From Rubripirellula sp. (GTDB lineage: Bacteria; Planctomycetota; Planctomycetia; Pirellulales; Pirellulaceae), in the NCBI GenBank assembly GCA_965216875.1, contig OZ244207.1:800001-864000 (forward strand): a DNA stretch of 64,000 bases. Reading direction: 5' to 3'. The translations under genes and the position numbers were made by a program. Shown here in pieces: positions 1-9,870 of this stretch. The notes beneath the pieces are model-generated. The model ran no database searches. It saw only the letters and a list, made by a program, of their open reading frames with translations, and was not told where the DNA came from. Numbering within the stretch: position 1 is the first letter of the stretch; every line of letters begins with the position of its first letter.

Positions 1-454
1 CGAGCGAGAGCGAGTTCGCAAATCGATCGACCCTAAGAACACGGTCGACGCGCTTTATGTTGGTGGTTTGGCAAGCGACCATCCGGGCGGGGCCTACATC
101 TTGATGGGAAGCGGCGAGTACGAATTCCGAAGCGTTTCGATGGACCTCCACGTTTTGCAACAGATGGCAAGTTGTGCCGATGGTGCCATTCCCAACGACT
201 GGAAACCATTCGATTCGTTGGAGGATCGGCCGGCTCCAAAACCTGGGCAGCCGGGGGATGACCAAAAGCAGAACGCGGCGGCGCCAAACGGTGATCAAAC
301 AGAGGGCGACTCGGAGCTTGATGGCGACTCGGAGGCCGATGGCAATTCGGACGCTGATGACGGTGAGGCTGCAGCGGATGCGGACGACAGCGAGTCGGAG
401 ACTGGGGAAACCGGCGGCGACACATCGAGCGAAGACGTGGGAGCGGACAAATGA
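1..454 (+). CDS. DUF1559 (prepilin-like) family protein, 3' part only; acidic low-complexity tail
   Basis: Frame is open from position 2: ...ALYVGGLASDHPGGAYILMGSGEYEF..MDLHVLQQMA matches the DUF1559 C-terminal H-X9-DG motif (here H-X9-SG). Stop overlaps the start of the next DUF1559 gene (ATGA). Confidence 0.7.
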   Translation, partial: ERERVRKSIDPKNTVDALYVGGLASDHPGGAYILMGSGEYEFRSVSMDLHVLQQMASCADGAIPNDWKPFDSLEDRPAPKPGQPGDDQKQNAAAPNGDQTEGDSELDGDSEADGNSDADDGEAAADADDSESETGETGGDTSSEDVGADK

Positions 455-1518
455 GTGTCGGCCAACGGTCGGGATTCACTCTGATTGAAGTCTTGGTGGT
501 TGTCTCAATCATCGGAGTCTTGGTCGGTCTTTTGCTGCCTGCGGTTCAGGGCGCTCGAGAGGCCGCGCGGATGACACTGTGTCAAAACAACATGGTGCAG
601 ATTCACCTGAGCGTGCAGGGCTATCACACCGCGTTCGATCGTTTTCCAGCGGGAACCGTCACCGACCGATTGCCCGCCCGCCTCTTTCCTGACGGAAAGG
701 ACCACAGTTGGCTCGTCCAGACGCGGCCGTTTCTCGCTGGCGGGAACGCGTTTGAAGAAACTTGGTCTTCCGACCACTCAAGCTACCACCCCACCAATTG
801 GCCGCTCGTTGCGATGGCATCGACCGCGATCGCTTGCCCATCAAACCCATCGTCATTCCGTTCTGATGTGGTGCCGTTGTGCTATGCCGGTGTGCATGAT
901 GGACGCGATGTTCCCATTGACCATGACAACCGCGGTTTCTTTGTCGCCAATCGGTATTTGACCATCGGCGACGTCAACGACGGCCTGTCTTCGACTCTTC
1001 AGATTGGCGAAAAGCCTGTCGACATTGGCGGGAGTTTCTTCTGGACCAGTGGCAATCAGTCGTCACTTCGCTCAACTGCAATCGACATGAAAGTTCCAGG
1101 TGCGGAGCATTTTCGACTGCGCGGAGGGACTCGTCTTGGCACGCCTTATGGGATGTTTGCCGATCCACCAGGCCGAAGCTACGACGAGATCTCGAGCGAA
1201 TTGGCAGAAATGGATGGTGATCTCGAGTCCGACCTCATTTTCCTGCTTGGGGACGAGTTTGGAATGGCAGAGGTTGGTGCGCGCAGCGAGTATCACGCTG
1301 AGTTTGAGATACTGGATTATCCAGTGCCTGTGATCGGTGACCGATCGACAGCAGCATTGGGTTTCGCTTCGGTCCATTCGGGCAAGGTCAATTTTGTTTT
1401 TGCCGATGGCCGAATCGCGACGATCACCAATTCGATTGACGCCCAGCTCATGCGTCAATTGGCGATTCGAGATGACAGCCTACCGCTGTCCAACCCTCTT
1501 CTTGGCGCAACGCCCTAA
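451..1518 (+). CDS. DUF1559 domain protein with prepilin-type N-terminal cleavage/methylation motif
   Basis: GFTLIEVLVVVSIIGVLVGLLLPAVQGAREAARMTLCQNN, DGLSST..GE and HSGKVNFVFADG (H-X9-DG). Confidence 0.95.
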   Translation: MSVGQRSGFTLIEVLVVVSIIGVLVGLLLPAVQGAREAARMTLCQNNMVQIHLSVQGYHTAFDRFPAGTVTDRLPARLFPDGKDHSWLVQTRPFLAGGNAFEETWSSDHSSYHPTNWPLVAMASTAIACPSNPSSFRSDVVPLCYAGVHDGRDVPIDHDNRGFFVANRYLTIGDVNDGLSSTLQIGEKPVDIGGSFFWTSGNQSSLRSTAIDMKVPGAEHFRLRGGTRLGTPYGMFADPPGRSYDEISSELAEMDGDLESDLIFLLGDEFGMAEVGARSEYHAEFEILDYPVPVIGDRSTAALGFASVHSGKVNFVFADGRIATITNSIDAQLMRQLAIRDDSLPLSNPLLGATP

Positions 1519-1679
1519 CGCGAGCGAAACCGTCGCCGCGGGATGCCGTCAGCCGATCGACCTCTGGCAGAGCGATGCTCGCTCGCCTAGTCTTCGCATT
1601 ATCATGCCGTGTTACGGCAAGCTTGGCATCTTGATGAGCTTCTTTGTGTGCAAGAACGATTGGTTGGGGGACCCCGAAC

Positions 1680-1946
1680 GTGCTAACGGAACTAATAGGC
1701 TATTTCGCAGGCTTCTGCTCGGCACTTTGCTTTCTTCCGCAAGTCACCAAGACTTGGCGAACGAAAGCGGCCGAGGATGTCTCGATGGGAATGCTGGGTC
1801 TCCTGCTTGCCTCGGGGATCGGCTACGAATGGTACGCATTTCGGCTTGACCTGATGCCAGTCGTTGTCATGAATGGAATTTTTACGGCGTTTGTCCTGTT
1901 TGAAGTGGCGTTGAAGGTCAAGTACGACCTAATGGCCAAGCCGTAG
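1680..1946 (+). CDS. SemiSWEET / PQ-loop family small transporter
   Basis: IGYFAGFCSALCFLPQVTKTWRTKAAEDVS PQ motif and 3 hydrophobic segments. GTG start at 1680 chosen after a G-rich SD (ORF track starts at 1644). Confidence 0.85.
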   Translation: MLTELIGYFAGFCSALCFLPQVTKTWRTKAAEDVSMGMLGLLLASGIGYEWYAFRLDLMPVVVMNGIFTAFVLFEVALKVKYDLMAKP

Positions 1947-1948
1947 CC

Positions 1949-1989
1949 GCAGGCCGGATCAAGGAGCAACAGCGACACAGATCCGGCAC
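1949..1989. repeat. REP-like palindromic element, family A copy 1
   Basis: GCCGGATC...GATCCGGC stem; 37/41 nt identical to 10602-10642. Confidence 0.8.
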
Positions 1990-2030
1990 AGCGGTGAGCG
2001 GCCGCCGGTAATGCAGCAGGTCATCCCATC

Positions 2031-2059
2031 AAGGCCCGACGCTAGCGCGTTCGGCTCAC
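2031..2059. repeat. REP-like element, family B
   Basis: AAGGCCCGACGCTAGCGCGTTCGGCTCAC; 28/29 nt identical to 56645-56673. Confidence 0.85.
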
Positions 2060-2069
2060 AAAGGTGGCC

Positions 2070-2363
2070 TTAGGATGTCGCTTCGACCACCCAGCCGTTG
2101 ACTTCTTTGCCTTCGATCCAGTCGCCAGCAGTGTTGTAGAAATCAGCCATGTGAGCCGAGGCTCGATGCGCCTCAACGGCAGCCTCGTCTTCATAAAGCT
2201 CGTACAAGAAGAATCTAGAAGGGTCTTTGGGGTCGCGCCCAACGTCAAATCGCAAACAAGCTCGTTCGATTTCGAGTGTGCGGGCTGCATGACCAGCGAT
2301 CACCTCGGCAAACGATTCGATTTTGTCCTGCTTGATGGTCAGGATCACGGAGAGGGCGTGCAT
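2070..2363 (-). CDS. Antibiotic biosynthesis monooxygenase (ABM)/LsrG-like putative quinol monooxygenase
   Basis: 97 aa; CLRFDV...FFLYELYEDEAAVEAHRASAH pattern. Confidence 0.85.
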   Translation of the reverse strand: MHALSVILTIKQDKIESFAEVIAGHAARTLEIERACLRFDVGRDPKDPSRFFLYELYEDEAAVEAHRASAHMADFYNTAGDWIEGKEVNGWVVEATS

Positions 2364-2574
2364 TGGCGGGCCTTAAGAAAAACGGTTGGCGTTGGAGTTT
2401 CGAATGAGTGTGCGGTAACCGTGAAACGCGGGGAAGGCGGCGTTTTATTCAAAAAACTTTCTTTTCCTGAATAAACTGCTACTCTCAGCCCGTCTTAATG
2501 CACCCAACGGGATACCGACCTCCCCCGAAACTCGTTGGCCCACCTTACCCTCAAGTCCCACCGAGATCCGCGGT

Positions 2575-5526
2575 ATGAATCGCAGATTCCTGCTTGCTCC
2601 TGCCACGTGCATCGCTCTGTTGTCGAGTTTGGTTGTCTGCGTTGGCGACGAAACCGACGCGCCCCTTCCTGGTGCTCGGGCAGCAATCGAGAGCCGGCTT
2701 CCCGATGGTTTTCAAGCAACCTTGTTTGCCGCTGAACCCGATGTACGCCAGCCCATCGGGTTTTGCATCGACGATCGTAACCGACTTTGGGTTGCCGAAG
2801 CGTACAGCTATCCGCGCCACACGGACCAGAATGCGAAAGACCGAATCGTCATCCTGGAGGATACCGATGGCGACGGCAAACATGACAAGCGAACGGTCTT
2901 TTATGAAGGCCTCAATTACGTTACCGGGATCGAGAAAGGTTTTGGCGGCGCGTGGGTGATGAGCCCACCCTACTTCTATTTCATTCCGGATCGAGATGGC
3001 GACGACGTTCCGGACAGCAAACCGCAAGTGTTGTTGGACGGGTTTGGAAATCACGACAACGCCCACAACTTGGCCAATGGTTTTGCTTGGGGGCCTGACG
3101 GATGGCTGTACGGCACTCATGGGCGAACCAATTGGTCCATGATTGGAACGCCTGGCAGCAAAGACAAAGACCGGCGGCGATTTGATGGAGGCGTCTACCG
3201 ATACCATCCTCTCACGCACGTTTGGGAACCCTACGCTGACGGAACGACCAATCCGTGGGGCGTCGATTGGAATGACTACGGACACGCGTTCATTTGCAAT
3301 TGCGTGAACCCTCATCTGTTTCAAGTCATTCAAGGTGCCCACTACGAGCCCTGGCGAGGGCGGAAGAGCAGTCAGTATGCGTATCAACGAATCGATACCG
3401 TCGCCGACCATCTTCACTTCACGGGTTTGAGCGACATTCGCCACGGTCATGGCACGGCCGAAGAAGACGCTGCCGGCGGCGGGCACGCGCATTGTGGCAC
3501 GATGATCTATTTGGGTGACAACTTTCCCCCAGAATATCGCAACACGCTTTTCACCAACAACGTCCACGGGCGCCGTATCAACAACGACCATCCGAAACGA
3601 AGCGGATCAGGTTACATCGCTTCGCATCTTCCCGACCTGATGCGGTCAGCGGACCCATGGTTCATGGGCGTCACTCTTGCCTACGGACCGGCGGGCGAGG
3701 TCTATGTCAGCGATTGGTCCGACACAGGTGAATGTCACAGTACTCGCAACACACGCAAAGCGACCGGACGCGTTTATCAGATCTCGTATGGTGAGCTGAA
3801 AAAAGAAACGGTTGATGTTTCGACGCGAACAAGTCTCGAGTTGGCCCAGCTGCAGTTGCATCGCAATGACTGGTGGGTTCGTCATGCACGCCGGCTCTTA
3901 CAAGAACGGTTTGCCGCCGGAGAAGACCTTGCGGCCGCACGCACGCGTTTGTTTGAGATCTTTGCAAATCACAACGAAGTTCCACGCAAGCTGCGGGCGC
4001 TTTGGACGCTGCACGTTACGGGGGGACTGGAAGAATCGTTTTTGAGCGACGCACTGTCACACGACAGCGAAGACGTACGTTCTTGGGCGATCACGCTCTT
4101 GTGCGAAAGCAAACGGCCTTCCGATTCCGTTTTGCAACGCCTTGCGCACTTGGCTCGTTCCGACTCGTCACCCCTTGTGCGGTTGAGCATTACCAGTGCC
4201 TTGCAGCGGCTCGAGCATTCACAGCGTTGGGAAATTGTCGAAGCACTCGCAAGCCACGGCGAAGACGCGGAAGATCAAAACTTGCCGCTGATGGTTTGGT
4301 ATGCGGCAGAGCCTCTTGTCACGCACGACCTGGAGCGTTTTGCAGACCTGTCTCGTCAATCGCAGCTATCGCGGATTCGGATCAATGCGGCTCGGCGGAT
4401 GGCCGATGCAGGCGAAGTCGAACGCGGCCTTGAACTACTTGCCGCTCATCTCGCCGATGAAGACGTCACCGCTGAGGTTGCCGAAGACATGCTTGATGGC
4501 ATTTTGCAGGGCGTCGAAGGCAAGCGAACGCTCGTCATGCCGCCTGCGTGGCGCAAGGCTTACGACCGGTTGGCGACGATCGAGAAGCCGGAACTACAAG
4601 ACAAGATCGTTCGTCTGGCTGTGATGTTTAACGATCAAGAGGCTCTCCGTCGACTTCGGTCCATTGCCAACGACGAGTCGGAATCGGCAGGTCAACGAAC
4701 ACGAGCGATCGAAACGCTTGTTGATAAACGAATCTCTGGATTCGATGACGATTTGATTCTTCTCATTGGTGACGCGGCCGTACGTTCAGCGGCGCTCCGT
4801 GGGCTTGCTTCCTATCAATCGCCAGGCACGGCAAATGCCATCTTGAGCCTTTACGCATCGATGGACGCCTCGGACAAGCAAGATGCTCAAATGACCTTGG
4901 CATCGAGAAAGTCTTGGGCTGTCAGCTTGCTTGATGCGATCGAGGGGAAACGAGTCGACGCCACGGAGTTGACCGCCTTTACCGCGCGGCAAATTCGAGC
5001 ACACGGTGATGACGAACTGAGTGATCGTTTGGCCGCACAATGGGGCAAAGTCCGTGAGACGCCCAAAGAAAAAGCCAAGCAAATCAGCCGACTGAAGAAA
5101 TGGCTGCCAAAACGAATCGACGAAGCCGATTTGGAACGGGGCGCGGCGCTATTCAAAAAGCAGTGTGGCAACTGCCACAAGTTGTTCGGCGAGGGCGGAG
5201 CGATCGGTCCCGACATCACGGGCGCTCAGCGACATAATCTCGACTACATGCTCGAAAACATCCTCGATCCGAGCGCGGCGGTCGCAAAGGACTACCAAAT
5301 GGAGTCGGTGCTGACGGTTGACGGCCGAGTCCTAACGGGGCTGGTTGTGACCGAGGATGAACAAACCTTCAAAATTCAAACCGTCAACGAGTTGATCGTG
5401 CTGCCTGCGGATGATGTTGAACGCCGCACCAAGTCGACCGTCTCGATTATGCCAGAAGGTCTCCTAGAACCGCTTGGTGAAGAAGAGATTCGCGATCTGA
5501 TGGGCTACCTGCGGCGGACGGAATGA
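2575..5526 (+). CDS. PVC-type heme-binding CxxCH protein (beta-propeller 'membrane-bound dehydrogenase' domain, HEAT repeats, C-terminal cytochrome c)
   Basis: Signal peptide; LPDGFQATLFAAEPDVRQP; EDTDGDGKHDKRTVF; WGPDGWLY; C-terminal CGNCH, IGPDITG and SIMPEGL. Confidence 0.92.
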   Translation: MNRRFLLAPATCIALLSSLVVCVGDETDAPLPGARAAIESRLPDGFQATLFAAEPDVRQPIGFCIDDRNRLWVAEAYSYPRHTDQNAKDRIVILEDTDGDGKHDKRTVFYEGLNYVTGIEKGFGGAWVMSPPYFYFIPDRDGDDVPDSKPQVLLDGFGNHDNAHNLANGFAWGPDGWLYGTHGRTNWSMIGTPGSKDKDRRRFDGGVYRYHPLTHVWEPYADGTTNPWGVDWNDYGHAFICNCVNPHLFQVIQGAHYEPWRGRKSSQYAYQRIDTVADHLHFTGLSDIRHGHGTAEEDAAGGGHAHCGTMIYLGDNFPPEYRNTLFTNNVHGRRINNDHPKRSGSGYIASHLPDLMRSADPWFMGVTLAYGPAGEVYVSDWSDTGECHSTRNTRKATGRVYQISYGELKKETVDVSTRTSLELAQLQLHRNDWWVRHARRLLQERFAAGEDLAAARTRLFEIFANHNEVPRKLRALWTLHVTGGLEESFLSDALSHDSEDVRSWAITLLCESKRPSDSVLQRLAHLARSDSSPLVRLSITSALQRLEHSQRWEIVEALASHGEDAEDQNLPLMVWYAAEPLVTHDLERFADLSRQSQLSRIRINAARRMADAGEVERGLELLAAHLADEDVTAEVAEDMLDGILQGVEGKRTLVMPPAWRKAYDRLATIEKPELQDKIVRLAVMFNDQEALRRLRSIANDESESAGQRTRAIETLVDKRISGFDDDLILLIGDAAVRSAALRGLASYQSPGTANAILSLYASMDASDKQDAQMTLASRKSWAVSLLDAIEGKRVDATELTAFTARQIRAHGDDELSDRLAAQWGKVRETPKEKAKQISRLKKWLPKRIDEADLERGAALFKKQCGNCHKLFGEGGAIGPDITGAQRHNLDYMLENILDPSAAVAKDYQMESVLTVDGRVLTGLVVTEDEQTFKIQTVNELIVLPADDVERRTKSTVSIMPEGLLEPLGEEEIRDLMGYLRRTE

Positions 5527-7610
5527 ACATAAAGACTTTCGCACGTTTGGATTCAATGGAATTGCTTGACGACAGAATGGCCCAGTCCCGTTTTACCGCG
5601 ATCGCGTCGATTTCACGCGTGGCATTGCTCCTGGTTGCATTGGTCCTTGTTACGTTGTGCTGTGCAAATGCCTTTGCGGATGATCTGGATTTCAAGCAGA
5701 AGATCGAGCCTATTCTTGAACGTTACTGCTACGATTGCCACGCATACGGCGGTGACGAAGGTGGTGTTTCCTTCGATCGCGACGATGCCGATGCGACTCG
5801 ACCACACGACGAAGAGTTTTGGTTGGCCGTTCTCGACAATGTTCGCGCAGGCTTGATGCCTCCGGGTGACATTGATGATCGTCCAAGTGACGAAGAAATT
5901 GAACAGCTCGTCGATTGGATCAAGTTCGATGTGTTCCAAGCCAGCGTTGCCAATCCAGATCCAGGACGCATTCTTCCCCGGCGACTCAATCGTGTTGAAT
6001 ACCAGAACACGATTCGCGACCTGATGGGCTACCGATTTCGGGCACACCTCGAATTCCCGCCCGACGACTCAGGTGGCGGGTTCGACAACAACAGCGATGC
6101 ACTTACTCTGTCGATGCTGTTGATCGAAAAGTACTTGGCCGCCGCCGAATCGATCGTCAATCAAGCAGTACCGCAGTCGGCCGACGCCTTTTCGAGCGAC
6201 GACGACCGCGAGCAGTATCTGCGGTTCTTTCCCGATGGGCCGGCTCCCGCGGGCAGTGATGAAAAAGAGCAGTACGCCGAACGCATTTTGCGACGCTTTG
6301 CTTCACTCGCTTTTCGCCGCCCCGTCGAACAAACCAAGGTCGATCAACTTGTCGCCGTGGCGGAAGAGGTTTATTCAAGCCCAGAGAATACGTTCGAGCA
6401 GGGGGTCAGCCGCGCGATGATGGCCGTGCTTGCTTCACCCCGCTTCCTGTTTCGCATGGATGTCGCATCGCAAGCTGTCGAAGGCGGCGTCGCGGCGGTC
6501 GATGAGTACTCGCTCGCTTCCCGGCTCTCCTACTTCCTTTGGTCGTCGATGCCCGATGAACAGCTAATGGAACTCGCCGGCAAGAAACAGCTGCGCCAAC
6601 AGCTCGCGAACCAAGTCGCGCGGATGTTGGATGATCCGAAAGTCCGCAGCGGCTTGGTCGAAAACTTTTCGGGGCAATGGCTGCGAACGCGCGACATCGA
6701 CAGCGTCGAAATCAACGGCAAAGCAGTCTTGCGGAAGGGACGCGCCAACGGGAATCGGCGAACAAAATACGACTTTGACAACAAGATTCGCGCAGCGATG
6801 AAAAGGGAAACGGAAGAGTACTTTGCCTATATCCTCAAGCACGATCGTACCGTCCTTGAGTTCATTGACAGTGACTATGTCATTGTTAACGAGCGACTTG
6901 CGGATCAGTACGATCTTCCTGATGTCGATGGTGATGAGTTTCGACGTGTCGATTTGCCCGATGACAGCTATCGCGGCGGCGTCTTGACTCAGGGGAGTGT
7001 GCTTGCGGTGACTTCGAATCCCACGCGAACGTCACCCGTCAAGCGAGGCGTCTTTATCCTCGAGAATATTCTTGGCACTCCGCCCCCACCTCCGCCGGCC
7101 AACGTCGCGGAACTCGAAGAGGTCATCGAAGAGAGCGAGGGTGAAAAACCGACGCTCAGTCAAGCACTTGCCAAGCACCGCGAAGATGCATTGTGCAGTT
7201 CCTGTCACAACCGAATGGATCCCCTTGGTCTAGCATTCGAGAACTTTATCCCGATGGGCAATTGGCGCGATGATGAAGAGGGACGTCCGATTGATCCGGC
7301 CGGCCAGCTCATCACCGGTGAACACTTCAAAGACGTCCGCGAGCTCAAACGGATCCTTGCAACCCAGCGACGAACCGACTTTTACCGTTGTCTCACCAAA
7401 AAGCTGATGGCCTATGCGATTGGTCGGTCGCTCGACTACCGAGACACACAAAGTGTGGATGCAATCGTCGACAAAATGGAACAAAACGGCGGGCAAATAT
7501 CGGTGCTGATTCATTCGGTCATCGAGTCGGCACCGTTTCAAAAGATGCGCCGTCCAGATGCAATTGCCACCACGGCGGACACCTACACGAACACCCCGAG
7601 CAATCGATAG
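5523..7610 (+). CDS. DUF1592-family protein (cytochrome c plus DUF1587/1595/1592/1588/1585 domains)
   Basis: CYDCH; RRLNRVEYQNTIRDL; LASRLSYFLWSSMPD; TSPVKRG; CSSCH..MDPLG. True start could be a downstream Met. Confidence 0.92.
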   Translation: MNIKTFARLDSMELLDDRMAQSRFTAIASISRVALLLVALVLVTLCCANAFADDLDFKQKIEPILERYCYDCHAYGGDEGGVSFDRDDADATRPHDEEFWLAVLDNVRAGLMPPGDIDDRPSDEEIEQLVDWIKFDVFQASVANPDPGRILPRRLNRVEYQNTIRDLMGYRFRAHLEFPPDDSGGGFDNNSDALTLSMLLIEKYLAAAESIVNQAVPQSADAFSSDDDREQYLRFFPDGPAPAGSDEKEQYAERILRRFASLAFRRPVEQTKVDQLVAVAEEVYSSPENTFEQGVSRAMMAVLASPRFLFRMDVASQAVEGGVAAVDEYSLASRLSYFLWSSMPDEQLMELAGKKQLRQQLANQVARMLDDPKVRSGLVENFSGQWLRTRDIDSVEINGKAVLRKGRANGNRRTKYDFDNKIRAAMKRETEEYFAYILKHDRTVLEFIDSDYVIVNERLADQYDLPDVDGDEFRRVDLPDDSYRGGVLTQGSVLAVTSNPTRTSPVKRGVFILENILGTPPPPPPANVAELEEVIEESEGEKPTLSQALAKHREDALCSSCHNRMDPLGLAFENFIPMGNWRDDEEGRPIDPAGQLITGEHFKDVRELKRILATQRRTDFYRCLTKKLMAYAIGRSLDYRDTQSVDAIVDKMEQNGGQISVLIHSVIESAPFQKMRRPDAIATTADTYTNTPSNR

Positions 7611-7617
7611 AAGCCCT

Positions 7618-8979
7618 ATGAAGAATCGAGCGAACCAAGCCAGCCGACGAAACTTCTTGCGCGGTGTTGGCGCCTACATGGCTCTACCCGCACTCGAGTC
7701 GTTGCAAGCCCAGTCGGTGATTGCAGGGGGATCTGACGCGCGACTTGCGACAACAGCGTCGGGCGCGCCACTGCGAGCCGCATTCATTTTCTTTCCCAAT
7801 GGGGCGCACCAGGAGAACTGGTTCCCAGCCGAAGGTGCCCACCTGGGCAAAACGATGGAACCGCTCGAGTCGCTGAAGGATTCGGTTCAAATCCTGGGTG
7901 GGCTCGATCATCAAAACGCGATGCCTGGTCATGATGGTGGTGGCGATCACGCCAGGGGCACAGCCACTTTCTTGACCGGTGCTCGCGCCCGCAAGACCGA
8001 TAGTGCAAACATTCACCTTGGCGCCTCGGTTGACCAACTGATCGCTCAACGCGTTGGCCAGCAGACAAGGTTCGCGTCGCTCGAACTTTCCTGCGATGCC
8101 GTTCGCAAATCGGGCAGTTGTGACAGTGGCTATTCGTGTGCGTATCAGTACAACATTTCCTGGCGCACCCCGACGCTTCCCGCCGCTTCGGAAACGAATC
8201 CGCGGCTCGTCTTTGAACGTTTGTTCGGATCAGGCGCTCCCAAGGATCGCCGTCGCAATTTGGAAATGCGACGACAGACGCAGCGTTCCTTGCTGGATGC
8301 CGTGATCGGTGATGCACGCGATCTGAAAAAGGACCTGAGCAGTGCGGACCATGGCAAATTGGATGAGTATCTAACGGGCGTCCGCGAGATCGAACAACGC
8401 ATCGAACGTGCGGAACGTTTTGGTGACCTTCCGGTTCCCGAGATGCAATCGCCCGAGGGCACGCCGGAAGACTACGGCAAACATATGGACTTGATGTACG
8501 ACCTGATGGCGGTCGCGTTTGAGACCGATTCGACGCGCGTCAGTTCGTTCATGCTGGCTCATGACGGATCCAATCGGTCGTTCAAGCAGATCGGTGTTCC
8601 CGACGGACACCACGACTGTTCGCACCATGGCAACCGCAAAGTGAAGCTTGATAAGATTGCCAAGATCGATCGCTACTACATGGATCACTTTGCCAGATTC
8701 CTAAAGCGGCTTGAAAGTAAAAAGGATCTGGATGGGCGATCGGTGTTGGACAATTCGATGATCGTCTACGGTGGGGGCAATGCAGACGGCAACAAACACT
8801 CGCACGACAATTTGCCCGTGATTTTGGCTGGCGGCGGTGGTGGCACACTGTCAGCCGGACGCTACGCCAAAATGGGCGGCGTGCCGATGAGCAATCTGTT
8901 TCTGAGCATGGCGACTCGGATGGGCGCGACCGATGTCGTCGAGATTGGCGATTCCACCGGACCGCTAAAAAACCTTTAG
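7618..8979 (+). CDS. DUF1552 (HXXSHH) family protein, Tat-type signal
   Basis: SRRNFLRG..ALPALES; CDSGYSCAY; HHDCSHH; HSHDNLP. ATG at 7618 follows the DUF1592 stop. Confidence 0.93.
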   Translation: MKNRANQASRRNFLRGVGAYMALPALESLQAQSVIAGGSDARLATTASGAPLRAAFIFFPNGAHQENWFPAEGAHLGKTMEPLESLKDSVQILGGLDHQNAMPGHDGGGDHARGTATFLTGARARKTDSANIHLGASVDQLIAQRVGQQTRFASLELSCDAVRKSGSCDSGYSCAYQYNISWRTPTLPAASETNPRLVFERLFGSGAPKDRRRNLEMRRQTQRSLLDAVIGDARDLKKDLSSADHGKLDEYLTGVREIEQRIERAERFGDLPVPEMQSPEGTPEDYGKHMDLMYDLMAVAFETDSTRVSSFMLAHDGSNRSFKQIGVPDGHHDCSHHGNRKVKLDKIAKIDRYYMDHFARFLKRLESKKDLDGRSVLDNSMIVYGGGNADGNKHSHDNLPVILAGGGGGTLSAGRYAKMGGVPMSNLFLSMATRMGATDVVEIGDSTGPLKNL

Positions 8980-9035
8980 AAGCACGTACAACGACCGATT
9001 AGCTGTCGGCGACAAGCCACACGTTTGAGACGCCG

Positions 9036-9521
9036 ATGCCGTCGATCAAGAAAGACCTTGCGGAGCTATACGATGATGTAGGCCAACAGCTTTTTCACTG
9101 TGCGCTCGCGGTGACGACATCGAGTGATCTTGCTGAGGACGCCGTGCACAACGCGTTCACAAAAGCACTGCAGCTTGCCCAGAGGCCCGACAACCTGAAA
9201 GCCTATATGTTTCGGGCGGTCCGCAATTCGGCCGTCGACATTTCGCGAAAGCAATCACGACACGTCCAGGCGAACCCCGAGCAATGGTTCGAAGTTGGCG
9301 AGGCAACAAAACCAAACACCCCGTTTGATTTGGAAGCGATCTCGTCAGCGATCGGCGACCTACCCGACGATCAACGCGAAACGGTGCTCGAGCATTTGGT
9401 GGCTGGACTGACTTTTCGCGAAATCGCTGAGTTGCGAGATCGTCCGATTGGCACCATTGCGACCTGGTACCGCAGAGGTATCGAAAAACTACGCTCTCGA
9501 TTTGACAAGCACTATGAATAA
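9036..9521 (+). CDS. ECF-type RNA polymerase sigma factor
   Basis: 161 aa; AEDAVHNAF and YMFRAVRNSAVD (region 2); LPDDQRETV...GLTFREIAEL...IGTIATWYRRG (region 4). Confidence 0.92.
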   Translation: MPSIKKDLAELYDDVGQQLFHCALAVTTSSDLAEDAVHNAFTKALQLAQRPDNLKAYMFRAVRNSAVDISRKQSRHVQANPEQWFEVGEATKPNTPFDLEAISSAIGDLPDDQRETVLEHLVAGLTFREIAELRDRPIGTIATWYRRGIEKLRSRFDKHYE

Positions 9522-9870
9522 CATCGAAGACGATCTCTGTGATTTGGCGTGGAAAGATGCATCGCCAGATCTTCGTGAACGCATTTTTGGCGACGAAGCC
9601 GAAGATGCTGCAACGCCAAAGCGCCGCAACGGCATGTCGGTGCGCTGGTCGGCCCTGATCGCCGTCGCCGCAGGTGTCGGCGGATTTCTCGTCGGGGTGA
9701 CGCGTGGACCTGATGAGAACGTTCCGTCGATCGCCAGTGCCGAGACCGATTTGCGTGTCGTGGAAACCTACAGTTCTCACAACTCTTTTGATTTCTCATA
9801 CGGTGCAGTACAGATCCTGCCGGGTGAGTTGCGAGCGTCGATTGATGGCGAGTTGGAGCCGTTGAAATGA
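9514..9870 (+). CDS. Putative single-pass membrane anti-sigma factor
   Basis: Overlaps the ECF stop; short cytoplasmic N-terminus (SPDLRERIF), one TM helix (WSALIAVAAGVGGFLVGV), short C-terminus. Confidence 0.6.
   Translation: MNNIEDDLCDLAWKDASPDLRERIFGDEAEDAATPKRRNGMSVRWSALIAVAAGVGGFLVGVTRGPDENVPSIASAETDLRVVETYSSHNSFDFSYGAVQILPGELRASIDGELEPLK

Noticed and set aside
2551..3591. 346-aa ORF antisense to the PVC heme protein
   Set aside because: Same shadow pattern; no family features.
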